Shown in pieces: positions 37,551-46,317 of a DNA stretch of 64,000 bases. Positions within the stretch are counted from its first letter, which is position 1. Each line of letters starts with the position of its first letter. The stretch comes from Candidatus Lustribacter sp. (GTDB taxonomy: Bacteria > Vulcanimicrobiota > Vulcanimicrobiia > Vulcanimicrobiales > Vulcanimicrobiaceae), in contig OZ255842.1 in NCBI GenBank assembly GCA_965277805.1, positions 256,001-320,000 on the forward strand. The letters are read 5' to 3'. Both the position numbers and the translations under genes were made by a program. Under the pieces are notes generated by a model. That model did not search any database and was not told the origin of the DNA. It saw only the letters and a program-made list of their open reading frames with translations.

Positions 37551-37970
37551 ATGTCGCAACTGATTCCGAGTCTGGGCTTTTCCGGCAACGCTGAAGAGGT
37601 GCTCACATTTTATAAAAGCGCTCTCGGCGGGGACCTCGAACTGGCTCGCTTTCGTGGAACGCCGGCCGAGTCGATGGCGCCCGTCGAATGGCTCGACAAG
37701 ATTCTTTATGGCTCGCTGCGTTCGCCATTCGGCGTCATCAGCGCGATGGACGCGCCACCGGGGCGTGCCGGAACGCCCGGCGACAACTTCTCGATAAGCG
37801 TTCAACTCGAAGATGAAGCGCAAGCTGCTGCGATTTTTTCGGCGCTTTCCGGCGGCGGCAACGTGACGATGCCATTTGAGTCGACGTTCTTCGCGAAGAA
37901 GTTCGGCATGCTGAAAGACCGCTTCGGCATCGGGTGGATGGTGCACGTTCCCGCCGCGGTCCCGGTATGA
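37551..37970 (+). CDS. VOC family protein (PhnB-like)
   Basis: L.F.GNAEEVLTFY..ALGG and MPFESTFFAKKFGMLKDRFGIGWMV motifs. Confidence 0.9.
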   Translation: MSQLIPSLGFSGNAEEVLTFYKSALGGDLELARFRGTPAESMAPVEWLDKILYGSLRSPFGVISAMDAPPGRAGTPGDNFSISVQLEDEAQAAAIFSALSGGGNVTMPFESTFFAKKFGMLKDRFGIGWMVHVPAAVPV

Positions 37971-38770
37971 GCGAGCGCAGCAGCTACCCGGCGGGCGTGC
38001 CGTGTTGGGTCGACACGCTGCAGCCCGACCCGCGCGCGGCGCTCGACTTCTATTCCGATCTCTTCGGCTGGGAAATCGCCGGACCGGGCCCGATGCAGGA
38101 CAGCCAGGCGTACTACGTCGCGCGGACCGGCGACCGCGATGTCGCCGGGATCGGCGCGCTGCCGCCGAACGCGCCGGCGCCTGCGTGGAATACGCACGTG
38201 CGCGTGGATGATGCTGCGGCAACCGCACAACGCGCGGAACGCGCCGGCGGAAGCGTGCTCGTTGCGCCGTTCGATGCGTTGCCCGCAGGGCGCATGGCCG
38301 TTTTGAACGATCCGTCGGGTGCCGCGTTTTGTGTGTGGGAAGCGCGCTCGCGCGAAGGTGCGCAGCGGGTGAATGAGCCCAACGCCTGGGCGATGAGTGC
38401 GCTGCACACGAACGACGTGCCCGGTGCGATCGCGTTCTACCGCGACGTCTTCGGCTGGGAACCCGAAGCGTTCGATGCCGGGCCGGCGACGCTCACGATG
38501 TGGCGTTTGGCCGGATACGTCGGCGGCGAACCGCAACAACCGGTTCCCCGCGACGTGGTCGCAATGCTCCTCCCGCTCGCCGCCGATGCAGGCTTGCGGC
38601 CGTACTGGGGCGTTGACTTCTGGATATCTGACGCGCGTGCCGCGGCGGCGCGGGCGCAAGCGCTCGGAGGTCGCGTCGTCGTTCCGCCGTACGACACCCC
38701 AATGTTCATCGAAGCCGTTCTCGCCGATCCCGCCGGAGCCACGTTCTCGATCAGCCAACTCCTGCGCTAG
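37967..38770 (+). CDS. Two-domain VOC/glyoxalase protein (CFP32-like)
   Basis: GVPCWVD...FYSDLFGW, GRMAVLNDPSGAAF and a second FYRDVFGW...DPAGATF domain. Confidence 0.9.
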   Translation: MSERSSYPAGVPCWVDTLQPDPRAALDFYSDLFGWEIAGPGPMQDSQAYYVARTGDRDVAGIGALPPNAPAPAWNTHVRVDDAAATAQRAERAGGSVLVAPFDALPAGRMAVLNDPSGAAFCVWEARSREGAQRVNEPNAWAMSALHTNDVPGAIAFYRDVFGWEPEAFDAGPATLTMWRLAGYVGGEPQQPVPRDVVAMLLPLAADAGLRPYWGVDFWISDARAAAARAQALGGRVVVPPYDTPMFIEAVLADPAGATFSISQLLR

Positions 38771-39379
38771 GTGCTCCAGCCGCAAGCGTTCGCGCGGTCG
38801 GACGAATCGCCGGACGCGGTGTTCTACGTGCAGCCGCGCTTCGTCGAGCACATCGATGAGGTTGCGGTTGCGGACGTCGTTCGGCTGCATCGCGAGCATC
38901 TTCCGGCCGGCGGCGAGATCCTCGATCTCATGAGCAGCTGGGTGAGTCACCTTCCGGACGACGTCGCGTACGCGCGCGTCACCGGCCTGGGCATGAACGC
39001 GGAAGAACTCGCCGGAAATCCGCGGCTCGATGCGTTCGTCGTGCACGATCTCAACGCGTCGCCCGCATTGCCGTTCGCGGGCGGGAGCTTCGATGCGGCG
39101 ACGATCTGCGTCTCGATTCAGTATTTGGTCGATCCGGTCGCCGTGCTCGCCGACCTCAGGCGTGTCGTGCGTCCGGGCGGGTGCGCGATTGTGACGTTTT
39201 CCAATCGCTGCTTTCCAACGAAAGCCGTCGCGGTCTGGCAAGTGCTCGACGACGGCGGACACGTCGAGCTGGTCACGAAGTACTTCGAGACCGCCGGCTG
39301 GACGAGCATCGCATCTGTTGCCTCGCCGCCCCGCCGAAGCGATCCTCTCTACGCCGTGATTGCAACGACACCATCATGA
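38771..39379 (+). CDS. Class I SAM-dependent methyltransferase (type 11)
   Basis: DESPDAVFY.QPRFV.HID, LDLMSSWVSHLP and FSNRCFPTKA motifs. Confidence 0.9.
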   Translation: MLQPQAFARSDESPDAVFYVQPRFVEHIDEVAVADVVRLHREHLPAGGEILDLMSSWVSHLPDDVAYARVTGLGMNAEELAGNPRLDAFVVHDLNASPALPFAGGSFDAATICVSIQYLVDPVAVLADLRRVVRPGGCAIVTFSNRCFPTKAVAVWQVLDDGGHVELVTKYFETAGWTSIASVASPPRRSDPLYAVIATTPS

Positions 39380-40194
39380 ACGAGACCGCCGGCGAGCAGT
39401 TCGCCGTTTCCATCGAACCGCGCGCCGGCGGCGGCGCTCCGTTGATTTTCGCCTTCGCCGGTAAGGACTTGGTCGTTACGGACGATGCGTTGCCGTCGCT
39501 CGAGGCACTCGGCGCCGGAGCGTCGCTCGACGGCGCGATCTGCATCGGCGAGCGCGGGCGAAGCACGTGCTATGCGCTCGCACTGCGCGATCCCGAACCG
39601 CCGCCCGGAACGCGCAGCATCGGGTTGCGTGCCGTGTTCGGCGAACTCGGTCCCGAAGCGTTCGCGATGGCTAGCCGCGCCGCGCAGCTGCTGACGTGGG
39701 ATCGGGAGCATCGCTTCTGCGGCAACTGCGGCACGCCGACCGAACGCGCCGCCGGTGAACCAGCGCGCATTTGTCCGGCCTGCGACCTGCACGCCTACCC
39801 GCGCATCTCGCCCGCGATCATGGTGCTGATCACGCGCGGCCGCGAAGTCTTGCTCGCGCGCAACAAACGCAACACGACCGGGATGTTTTCGGCGCTGGCC
39901 GGTTTCGTCGAGGCGGGCGAAACGCTCGAGGAAACGGTCGTGCGCGAAGTCCGCGAAGAAGTCGGCGTGAGCGTCGATAACATCCGCTACTTCGGAAGCC
40001 AGTCGTGGCCGTTCCCGCACTCGCTGATGATCGCATTCACGGCTGACTACGTGAGCGGCGAGGTGACGCCCGACGGCATCGAAATCGAGGAAGCCCGTTT
40101 CTTCGACGTCGACGCGTTGCCCCAACTCCCGCCCGCCGGCCTCAGCATCGCAAGCCGCCTCATCAACACCGTCACCACCGAACTCCGCACGTAA
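39376..40194 (+). CDS. nudC: NAD(H) diphosphatase / NAD-cap decapping Nudix hydrolase
   Basis: FCGNCG...CPAC zinc ribbon, YPRISPA, Nudix box AGFVEAGETLEETVVREVREEVG and SQSWPFPHSLM. Confidence 0.95.
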   Translation: MNETAGEQFAVSIEPRAGGGAPLIFAFAGKDLVVTDDALPSLEALGAGASLDGAICIGERGRSTCYALALRDPEPPPGTRSIGLRAVFGELGPEAFAMASRAAQLLTWDREHRFCGNCGTPTERAAGEPARICPACDLHAYPRISPAIMVLITRGREVLLARNKRNTTGMFSALAGFVEAGETLEETVVREVREEVGVSVDNIRYFGSQSWPFPHSLMIAFTADYVSGEVTPDGIEIEEARFFDVDALPQLPPAGLSIASRLINTVTTELRT

Positions 40195-40200
40195 GCAGAA

Positions 40201-41151
40201 TCACTGCCAGATTAGGGCGGATCCGGAGATTTTAGGGATGCCGAAATATCGGATCTGCGCGTCGATGACGGGTTGGAGCAGGGCGCCGGTTGCAGGGCTG
40301 GTGTCGTAGACCGCGCGGGTGAGCGAATTGATCGTGGCGACGCTCATGTTCGTGTAGTGCGAGAGGATCGTTGCCGACTCGGCGTTGTTCGCGTTGGCCC
40401 ACGCGGCGATCTTCAGCGTGGCGGCGGCGAAGCGTTGCGCCGCGTCGCGGTTTTGCGCGAGCCACGAGAGCTTGCCGACCCACACGGTGCCGATGAAGCG
40501 CGGGCCGATGCCGGGCATCGTGTCGCCGATGATCCGGACTTTGCCCTTTAGCGCGGTCGTGAACGGTTCGACGAGTAAGGCCGCGTCGATGCGCCCTTGA
40601 TCGAGCGCCGGACCGACGGCCGGAAACGAAACTTCAATCAGCTTCACGGATTTCACGTCGGCGCCGTTCGAGCCGAGCCATTGCAGTAGGGCGAGATGCG
40701 TGAGGTCGCCGAGGCCGTTCACCGCAACCGTTTTGCCGTTGAGATCGGCGGCCGTTTTCACTGCCGATCCCGCGGCGGTCACGACGACGACCGACTGACC
40801 TTGACCGCGGTCGTAGATCAATCCCGGCGCCACCACGCGCAAGTCGATCCCGTGCGTGTAGGCTTGTGCGACCGGCACGACCGTACCGGTGATGATGTCG
40901 AGCGATCCCGCTGCGAGCGCTGCGTTCATCGCCGCCCCGTTGAACATCGTCGAGAGCGTGACGTCGAGCCCCGCGTCTTTGTAGAAGCCTTTGTCGACGC
41001 CGTAGAAGCCCTCGCCGGTCGCGTCGGTCGGCGGTACGCCGACGCGCAGCGGAATCGGATCCGCTGCTGCCGCGGAGCGCGGTGCGGTTGACGTTAAGAT
41101 GGCGGCGGCGCTGCCGCCGAGCCACGTCGCGCGAGAGATGGCGGTATTCAT
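40201..41151 (-). CDS. ABC substrate-binding protein, NMT1/SsuA type
   Basis: Signal-like leader; GFYKDAGLDV, DLNGKTVAVN and QGRIDAA motifs; start ATG 41151. Confidence 0.88.
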   Translation of the reverse strand: MNTAISRATWLGGSAAAILTSTAPRSAAAADPIPLRVGVPPTDATGEGFYGVDKGFYKDAGLDVTLSTMFNGAAMNAALAAGSLDIITGTVVPVAQAYTHGIDLRVVAPGLIYDRGQGQSVVVVTAAGSAVKTAADLNGKTVAVNGLGDLTHLALLQWLGSNGADVKSVKLIEVSFPAVGPALDQGRIDAALLVEPFTTALKGKVRIIGDTMPGIGPRFIGTVWVGKLSWLAQNRDAAQRFAAATLKIAAWANANNAESATILSHYTNMSVATINSLTRAVYDTSPATGALLQPVIDAQIRYFGIPKISGSALIWQ

Positions 41152-41226
41152 GGCCACCACCCTACTCCCAACGGCTCCCGTTGTCACGCGAGGACTACAT
41201 CGGGCACCTGCGAAAGCGCCCGCCCC

Positions 41227-41856
41227 ATGAGTACGACCACCGAGCTCGACCACGAGAAGACGTTTGCGGATGCGTGGGCCAACCCGCGCTACACGCGCCT
41301 CGAGCGGCCGCCGGTTGACGTCAATGCCGTGCTCGCAAAACACTATCGCCTGAGCCGCCCGGTTGCGTTCACGCGCACGCAGCTGTGGGACATGGAAGTG
41401 CGCAAGGCGTTCCGGCCCGATATCTACATCCCGGCAGCCGTACAAGAAGGCAGCGCCGGCACGTGGAACGTGCGGGATCTCGGCGAGGGCGTGCAGTCGT
41501 TCTATCGCCGCACGAATCAGCGCCAGCGGCTCGTTCCCGGCTACGATCTCGTGCTCGAACAAGTTCGCGTGAACCCCGCCAACGGCAAGGTGACGTTCAT
41601 CGGCGCGAGCGAGCTGCCGGGTGAGGGCGGCACGATGCTGCGCGCCGGAACGCAGCAGCCCATCTTTCACGTCGAGCACGTCGCAACGGGCACGGAAACG
41701 CAACCGATCAACGAGTGGCGCTTGGTGCATCTGACGGACGGCCCCGATCAGCGGCTAATCGATCACTTCACCCGCTCCGAAAACGTCTACTTGCCGCAGT
41801 TTCTCGAAGTCTATTTGAGCGAGGTACTGAACGTCGAATTCACGCGCCTCGCCTAA
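41227..41856 (+). CDS. Hypothetical protein, possibly AtaL/DUF1857 (SRPBCC-like)
   Basis: PVDVN...FTRTQLW....KA.RP..YIP resembles the AtaL N-terminal pattern; the match is weak. Confidence 0.55.
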   Translation: MSTTTELDHEKTFADAWANPRYTRLERPPVDVNAVLAKHYRLSRPVAFTRTQLWDMEVRKAFRPDIYIPAAVQEGSAGTWNVRDLGEGVQSFYRRTNQRQRLVPGYDLVLEQVRVNPANGKVTFIGASELPGEGGTMLRAGTQQPIFHVEHVATGTETQPINEWRLVHLTDGPDQRLIDHFTRSENVYLPQFLEVYLSEVLNVEFTRLA

Positions 41857-42451
41857 GGGCGTGCCGCTGAAGGCTCAGATCGCCGAGCAGCTGTTTTGCC
41901 GCGGAACGGAACCGGGCGACATCGCTGTAGATTCGCGCGACCAGCATAGCGCCTTCGAGAGCACTCGCGAGGAGCCGCGCCCGCTCCTTGGCCGGCTCCG
42001 CGAAGGCCAACTCGCCGGCGCGCCGGCCGTCTTGCAGCACGCCGGCAAGCCAGCGTTCATTCGAATCGAAGAAGCCGCGCAGTTCGGCCTGCATCGACGG
42101 CGGGAGTGTGGTGTACTCGGCTGCCAGCATCCCGCAGAGACACATGCGATCGTCGAGCATGACGTTCACGTAGAGATCGACATAGCGCTTCAGCTTATCG
42201 CGGCTGTCCCCCGGCCCTCGCGCGATATCGTCGAGCGCGCACTCGAACGCGGTCCGATAGCGCCTGATCAAAGCGCTGCCGAGGTCGGCCTTCGAAGGGA
42301 AGTGGTAATGAAGGCTCGCCTTCGTAAGAGACAGTTCTGTTGCGATGTCGGCGTAGCTGAAACCATTGAATCCGCGGGTTTGCGCGAGTCGCTCGGCGAC
42401 GTCGAGCAGTCTATCCGCGGTCAGTTTTCGAGGTCCCGTTCCGGGCGGCAT
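41840..42451 (-). CDS. TetR family regulator
   Basis: RGFNGFSYADIATELSLTKASLHYHFPSKADL HTH; CLCGMLAAE motif. Confidence 0.93.
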   Translation of the reverse strand: MPPGTGPRKLTADRLLDVAERLAQTRGFNGFSYADIATELSLTKASLHYHFPSKADLGSALIRRYRTAFECALDDIARGPGDSRDKLKRYVDLYVNVMLDDRMCLCGMLAAEYTTLPPSMQAELRGFFDSNERWLAGVLQDGRRAGELAFAEPAKERARLLASALEGAMLVARIYSDVARFRSAAKQLLGDLSLQRHALRRGA

Positions 42452-42471
42452 GCGGAATTTTTTGACGCACC

Positions 42472-42499
42472 TTGACTTCTACCTTCCAGTAGGTAAAAT
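42472..42499 (+). promoter_or_regulatory. Promoter with inverted-repeat operator between tetR and the DUF1059 gene
   Basis: TTGACT-16 nt-TAAAAT enclosing TACCT-N6-AGGTA (42480-42495). Confidence 0.6.
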
Positions 42500-42543
42500 A
42501 CTCGTACCGCCGGGTTATTTGCATCCCTCTTGGGAGATTACAG

Positions 42544-42750
42544 ATGCTACAGAACGGTGATAGAAAGATAATCGACTGCCGGGAATTTCCGAGTGAAACG
42601 AACTGCTCCCTGACGATTGCCGGCACGGAATCCGAAGTCCTCAAAGCGGCCTCCGAACACGCCGTCTCGAGTCACGGGCATACGGCCGGTCCCGAACTCA
42701 TAAGCGCGCTTCGCTCCGCCTTGCACGACGAAAAAGTGAATACGCGCTAG
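42544..42750 (+). CDS. DUF1059 family small metal-binding protein
   Basis: IDCRE.PSETNCSLTIAG...EVL.AA.EHA..SHG pattern; GGGAG SD. Confidence 0.85.
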   Translation: MLQNGDRKIIDCREFPSETNCSLTIAGTESEVLKAASEHAVSSHGHTAGPELISALRSALHDEKVNTR

Positions 42751-43697
42751 TCGAGAACGCCGAGCGACTTCCAACTGCGCTCTGCAGCGGGGTGGAGCGG
42801 AACGTCGTACGGCGCGTCGCCGGCATTGCCGCACATGCGCGCGAGCGAGAGCGGCGCGTCTTCTTGCCATGGGATTCGCGCGACGCACGCTGCGAGGGCC
42901 GCGCAGATTTGCGTCACGTCGGCGTCGGGAAGGTCGGCGTGCACGAACAGCGGCCAGCCGCTGAAATCGATGGTGAGAACGTCGGCCGGGAGTTTCGGAT
43001 AGCGCGTCTGCGGAATCACGGCGCGCCGGTAGCCGAGCGCTTCGAGTTGCGCGACCGCGGGTTCGGCGAGCGTCAGCACCGTCATGCCGGCGTCGAGCGC
43101 GGTGCTGATCCAGGAATCGGCACCTTCGTCGAAGATCGCATCGAGCGATCCGTCGAGAAACGCCCGAAACTTCGGCGCGCGCGCATCCGGTGACACGCCT
43201 TCAAAGCGAAACTCGCCGCCCCACGCGATGATGTCGTCACGCGTGAAGCCGCTCGCGCGCATGATGTCGTCGAGCATGAAGTGCAGCGAGTGCGCGCGGT
43301 CGCCGCGCACGCCGATGCGCAAGGCGGGCCGTTTCGCCGCGATCTCCGCAAACGAGCGCAGCCCCGTTTGCGGATGCACGGCGAACACGTACTGATCGCG
43401 CGAGGGCAGCACGGCGATCGTGCGCACCGGCACGGGCGCCGTAAACGGCCCGGTGCCGCGATACGCGAGCGTGAGAGTTGCCGACGGGTTCACGATCGCT
43501 AGCGCGACCTCGCGCGCGGCGACCGCGTGTATGCCGGCGATGGTGCTCGAGCCGAACAGCGCGATCTCGCGTCCGCCGCCGAGGTCGACGATGGCCTTCG
43601 CTTGACGCGCGGGCGTGGGTGCGGCAGCGAGCGCGAGTTCGGTGGCCATTTCCAGCACCAGCACCGAGCGCGTCGTCGGGGGAAAGACCGGCGGCAT
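42747..43697 (-). CDS. TAXI/TRAP-like solute-binding-fold protein without signal peptide
   Basis: AYRGTGPF..P..VRTIAV, LDAIFDEG, FSGWPLFVHADLP and VPLHPAAER pattern; TGATG coupling. Confidence 0.7.
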   Translation of the reverse strand: MPPVFPPTTRSVLVLEMATELALAAAPTPARQAKAIVDLGGGREIALFGSSTIAGIHAVAAREVALAIVNPSATLTLAYRGTGPFTAPVPVRTIAVLPSRDQYVFAVHPQTGLRSFAEIAAKRPALRIGVRGDRAHSLHFMLDDIMRASGFTRDDIIAWGGEFRFEGVSPDARAPKFRAFLDGSLDAIFDEGADSWISTALDAGMTVLTLAEPAVAQLEALGYRRAVIPQTRYPKLPADVLTIDFSGWPLFVHADLPDADVTQICAALAACVARIPWQEDAPLSLARMCGNAGDAPYDVPLHPAAERSWKSLGVLD

Positions 43698-44446
43698 CAA
43701 GCGTTCAGTTTATAGAGGTCGATCGCGGCGAGCCCAATCTGGTGGTACTGGTATTTGTGCACGAGGATCGACTCGCGCAACGCGGCGGCCGCGCGGTCTT
43801 GATCCGCTTCGGTTACCGCATATTGGGCCAAGAGCGCGAGCGCGTCTTCGCCATGCCCCGGACCGTCGTCGCCCACGCCGTGGTCGGCATGTTCGGCGGC
43901 CGACCAGTGCGACATCGCTTCGCGCTGCAAGCCGAGCTTCGCCCACGGCTTCGATGAGTTGCCCGGGATCTGACCGTAGCGTGCCGCGAGCGGCGCGTTG
44001 GTCAGCATTTCCAGGCACGCGATGGCCGCGAAGGCCTCGAGCCACGGTTTAGTGCGTGAGACGTTGTCGAAGTACTGCAGCGCCATCGTGGTGACGATCA
44101 TCGGCACGTACTCGCGAATCTGCTGCTCGCTCGCGCCCAGCGCCTTTGCGAACATCCACATGCTCTCGTTGTGGCCGACGTCGATCGTCGGGTCCTTGAC
44201 CTCTTCCACGTACATGTTTTCGATCATGTACGCGCGGGCGTCGATGTGCGGACAGTTCGCGATGATGTTGCCGAACCAGCGCGGGAATTTATCGGTGAAT
44301 TGACAGTGCTCGAGCGCGAAGAGCAAGGCGCCTTCGCGGGACATATACTCGCGTTGAAATTGATACATCGCCGGCGGCGATTCCCAGTAGATCTCGCCCA
44401 CCATAGAACGAATTTGTTCTTTATAAGCGTCACCGTCGCGGATCAT
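43697..44446 (-). CDS. Heme-oxygenase-like (CADD/PqqC/TenA) iron-redox protein with altered ligand set
   Basis: ENMYVEE...GH...W..FAKALG, WLEAFAA...LE and AD...GH motifs. Confidence 0.75.
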   Translation of the reverse strand: MIRDGDAYKEQIRSMVGEIYWESPPAMYQFQREYMSREGALLFALEHCQFTDKFPRWFGNIIANCPHIDARAYMIENMYVEEVKDPTIDVGHNESMWMFAKALGASEQQIREYVPMIVTTMALQYFDNVSRTKPWLEAFAAIACLEMLTNAPLAARYGQIPGNSSKPWAKLGLQREAMSHWSAAEHADHGVGDDGPGHGEDALALLAQYAVTEADQDRAAAALRESILVHKYQYHQIGLAAIDLYKLNA

Positions 44447-44458
44447 CGCCGTCCTTTC

Positions 44459-45196
44459 TCATCGTGTGCTCACCCGTCCCGCCGTCGCGCCGCCGTCGAC
44501 CACGATCACGCTGCCGGTGACATAGCTCGCGGCATCCGATGCGAGGTAGGCGACGAGTTGCGCGACGTCGGCGGGCCGGCCGAAGCGGCCGATCGGGATG
44601 TGCGCTGGGAGCGTATCGTCGTCGACGCGTTCGTCCGGCAGGATGGACCCGGCGCAGATGCAGTTCACGCGCACGCCGTACGGGCCGGCTTCCAATGCGG
44701 AGACCTTCGTGAACGTGGCGATCGCGGCTTTGGACGCGGCATAGGCGCTGCCGAGAGCGTAGGGCAGAAGACCGCTGATCGATCCCATGTTCACGATCGA
44801 GCCGCCGCCGAGCCGGCGCATGTGCGGCAGCGCGTATTTCGTGCACAGCATCGTGCCGTCGACGTTGACGCGGAACGTTTCGCGCCACGACTCGAGCGCA
44901 TGCTCTTCGATCCCTTCGGTGGGGTGCAGTGCGGCGTTGTTGCACAGCACGTCCAAGCGGTCGAACTCCGCGATCGCAGCGGTGATGCCGAGCTGCGCGC
45001 CATCCGGCGTACCGGTATCGCCGGTGAGGAAGCGGACGTTCTGACCCGCGGCTAGCGAGGCTGTAGCGCGCGCGTTGGCGGCGGCATCCCAGTCGACGGA
45101 GACGACCGCCATTCCGCCGGCGGCGAGCGTGCGCACGATCTCGAGCCCGATGTTGTTGGCACCGCCGGTGACCACGGCGACGCGTGGCGTTTCCAT
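44459..45196 (-). CDS. Short-chain dehydrogenase/reductase
   Basis: TGGANNIG, NNAA, YAASK and YVTGSVIVVDGG motifs; start ATG 45196. Confidence 0.9.
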   Translation of the reverse strand: METPRVAVVTGGANNIGLEIVRTLAAGGMAVVSVDWDAAANARATASLAAGQNVRFLTGDTGTPDGAQLGITAAIAEFDRLDVLCNNAALHPTEGIEEHALESWRETFRVNVDGTMLCTKYALPHMRRLGGGSIVNMGSISGLLPYALGSAYAASKAAIATFTKVSALEAGPYGVRVNCICAGSILPDERVDDDTLPAHIPIGRFGRPADVAQLVAYLASDAASYVTGSVIVVDGGATAGRVSTR

Positions 45197-45201
45197 CCTC
45201 G

Positions 45202-46305
45202 TCAACCCTTCACGCGGTAGCGCCGCAATTTTTCCGGATCGATCGTTGCGCCGAAGCCGGGCCGCTCGGGCACGGCGATCGCGCCGTCCACAACGGCGAG
45301 CGGTTCGGACATCACGTCGCCCGCGAGGCGTTCGAAAAACTGAATCTCGCTCGGCCACGGATCGAGGGCCGGGATCGCGGCGCGCAGGTGCGCGCGTGCC
45401 AGCGCACCGACGTTCGATTCGAGGTCGGTGCCGACGATCGCGGGCAGGCCGGCGGCTTCGCAGAGCGCGATGATCTTCAACGTCTCCGTGATACCCGTGC
45501 GCCGCGGGTGCAGGCTGATCGCGCCGACCGCTTGCGCCGCGATGTAGCGTTCCGCCGTGTCGAGCGAATCGATCGGTATCTCGCCGAGCAGCGAGATCGG
45601 CAATGCGGCGCGCAGCGCGCTCATGCGTTCGAGCGGCAGGTTGCATGGATCCTCGATCAGAGCCACGCCGTATTCTGCGAGGAGCGGCAGCAGCGCGAGC
45701 GCTTCGTTTTCCGAGTACGAGTGGTTGGCATCGGCGTAAATGAGCACGTCTTCGCCTACCGCAGCGCGTATGTCGCGAACCAGGTGGACGTCGTCCATCG
45801 AATGGCGCCACAGCTTGACCTTGAGCGCGCGAATGCCGCGCGCGACCGACCGCTGCGCGTCCTCGAGCATCGCGGCCGGCGTATCGCCGAACAGGATCGC
45901 CGTTACCGGAACGGGCCGCGGCCGCGTTCCGCCGAGCAGTTGCCAGACCGGTTGCCCCGCGATCCGGCCTTTGAGATCCCACAGCGCGGTGTCGATCAGC
46001 GCTTTCGCAATCGTCGCGCCGCGCACGCGTTCGAGCGCGACGAGCAGCCGCTCGTGATCGAGCGGGTCGGCGCCTTCGAGCAGCGGGCGGAAGAAGCGGT
46101 CGAACTGCGCTGCGAGCACCGCCGGATCGCTGTCGGGGATGTTTGGGATGCCGGTCACTTCGGCGATGCCCACGGTGCCGTCGCGCGTCGTCAAGCGGAG
46201 CAGCGCGTACCCACTGCTCGCACCTTGCGACGAGCGAAATTGGACCTTCGACTGATACGGCAGGTTGAGCTCGATCAGCTCGACCTGCGCGATTGCGAGC
46301 GCTAT
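45202..46305 (-). CDS. Enolase-superfamily enzyme (muconate cycloisomerase / mandelate racemase-like); start uncertain
   Basis: DTALWDLKGR, KVK, DANH, EDP, GE and PGFG motifs; the in-frame conserved N-terminus extends from TTG 46194 to about 46305 with no canonical start. Confidence 0.85.
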   Translation of the reverse strand: MALAIAQVELIELNLPYQSKVQFRSSQGASSGYALLRLTTRDGTVGIAEVTGIPNIPDSDPAVLAAQFDRFFRPLLEGADPLDHERLLVALERVRGATIAKALIDTALWDLKGRIAGQPVWQLLGGTRPRPVPVTAILFGDTPAAMLEDAQRSVARGIRALKVKLWRHSMDDVHLVRDIRAAVGEDVLIYADANHSYSENEALALLPLLAEYGVALIEDPCNLPLERMSALRAALPISLLGEIPIDSLDTAERYIAAQAVGAISLHPRRTGITETLKIIALCEAAGLPAIVGTDLESNVGALARAHLRAAIPALDPWPSEIQFFERLAGDVMSEPLAVVDGAIAVPERPGFGATIDPEKLRRYRVKG

Positions 46306-46317
46306 TTGGTCACGTGG

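Noticed and set aside
43697-44446. Calling the heme-oxygenase-like genes pqqC or tenA
   Set aside because: No pqqABDE or thiamine-salvage context, and the motifs fit only the broader fold.
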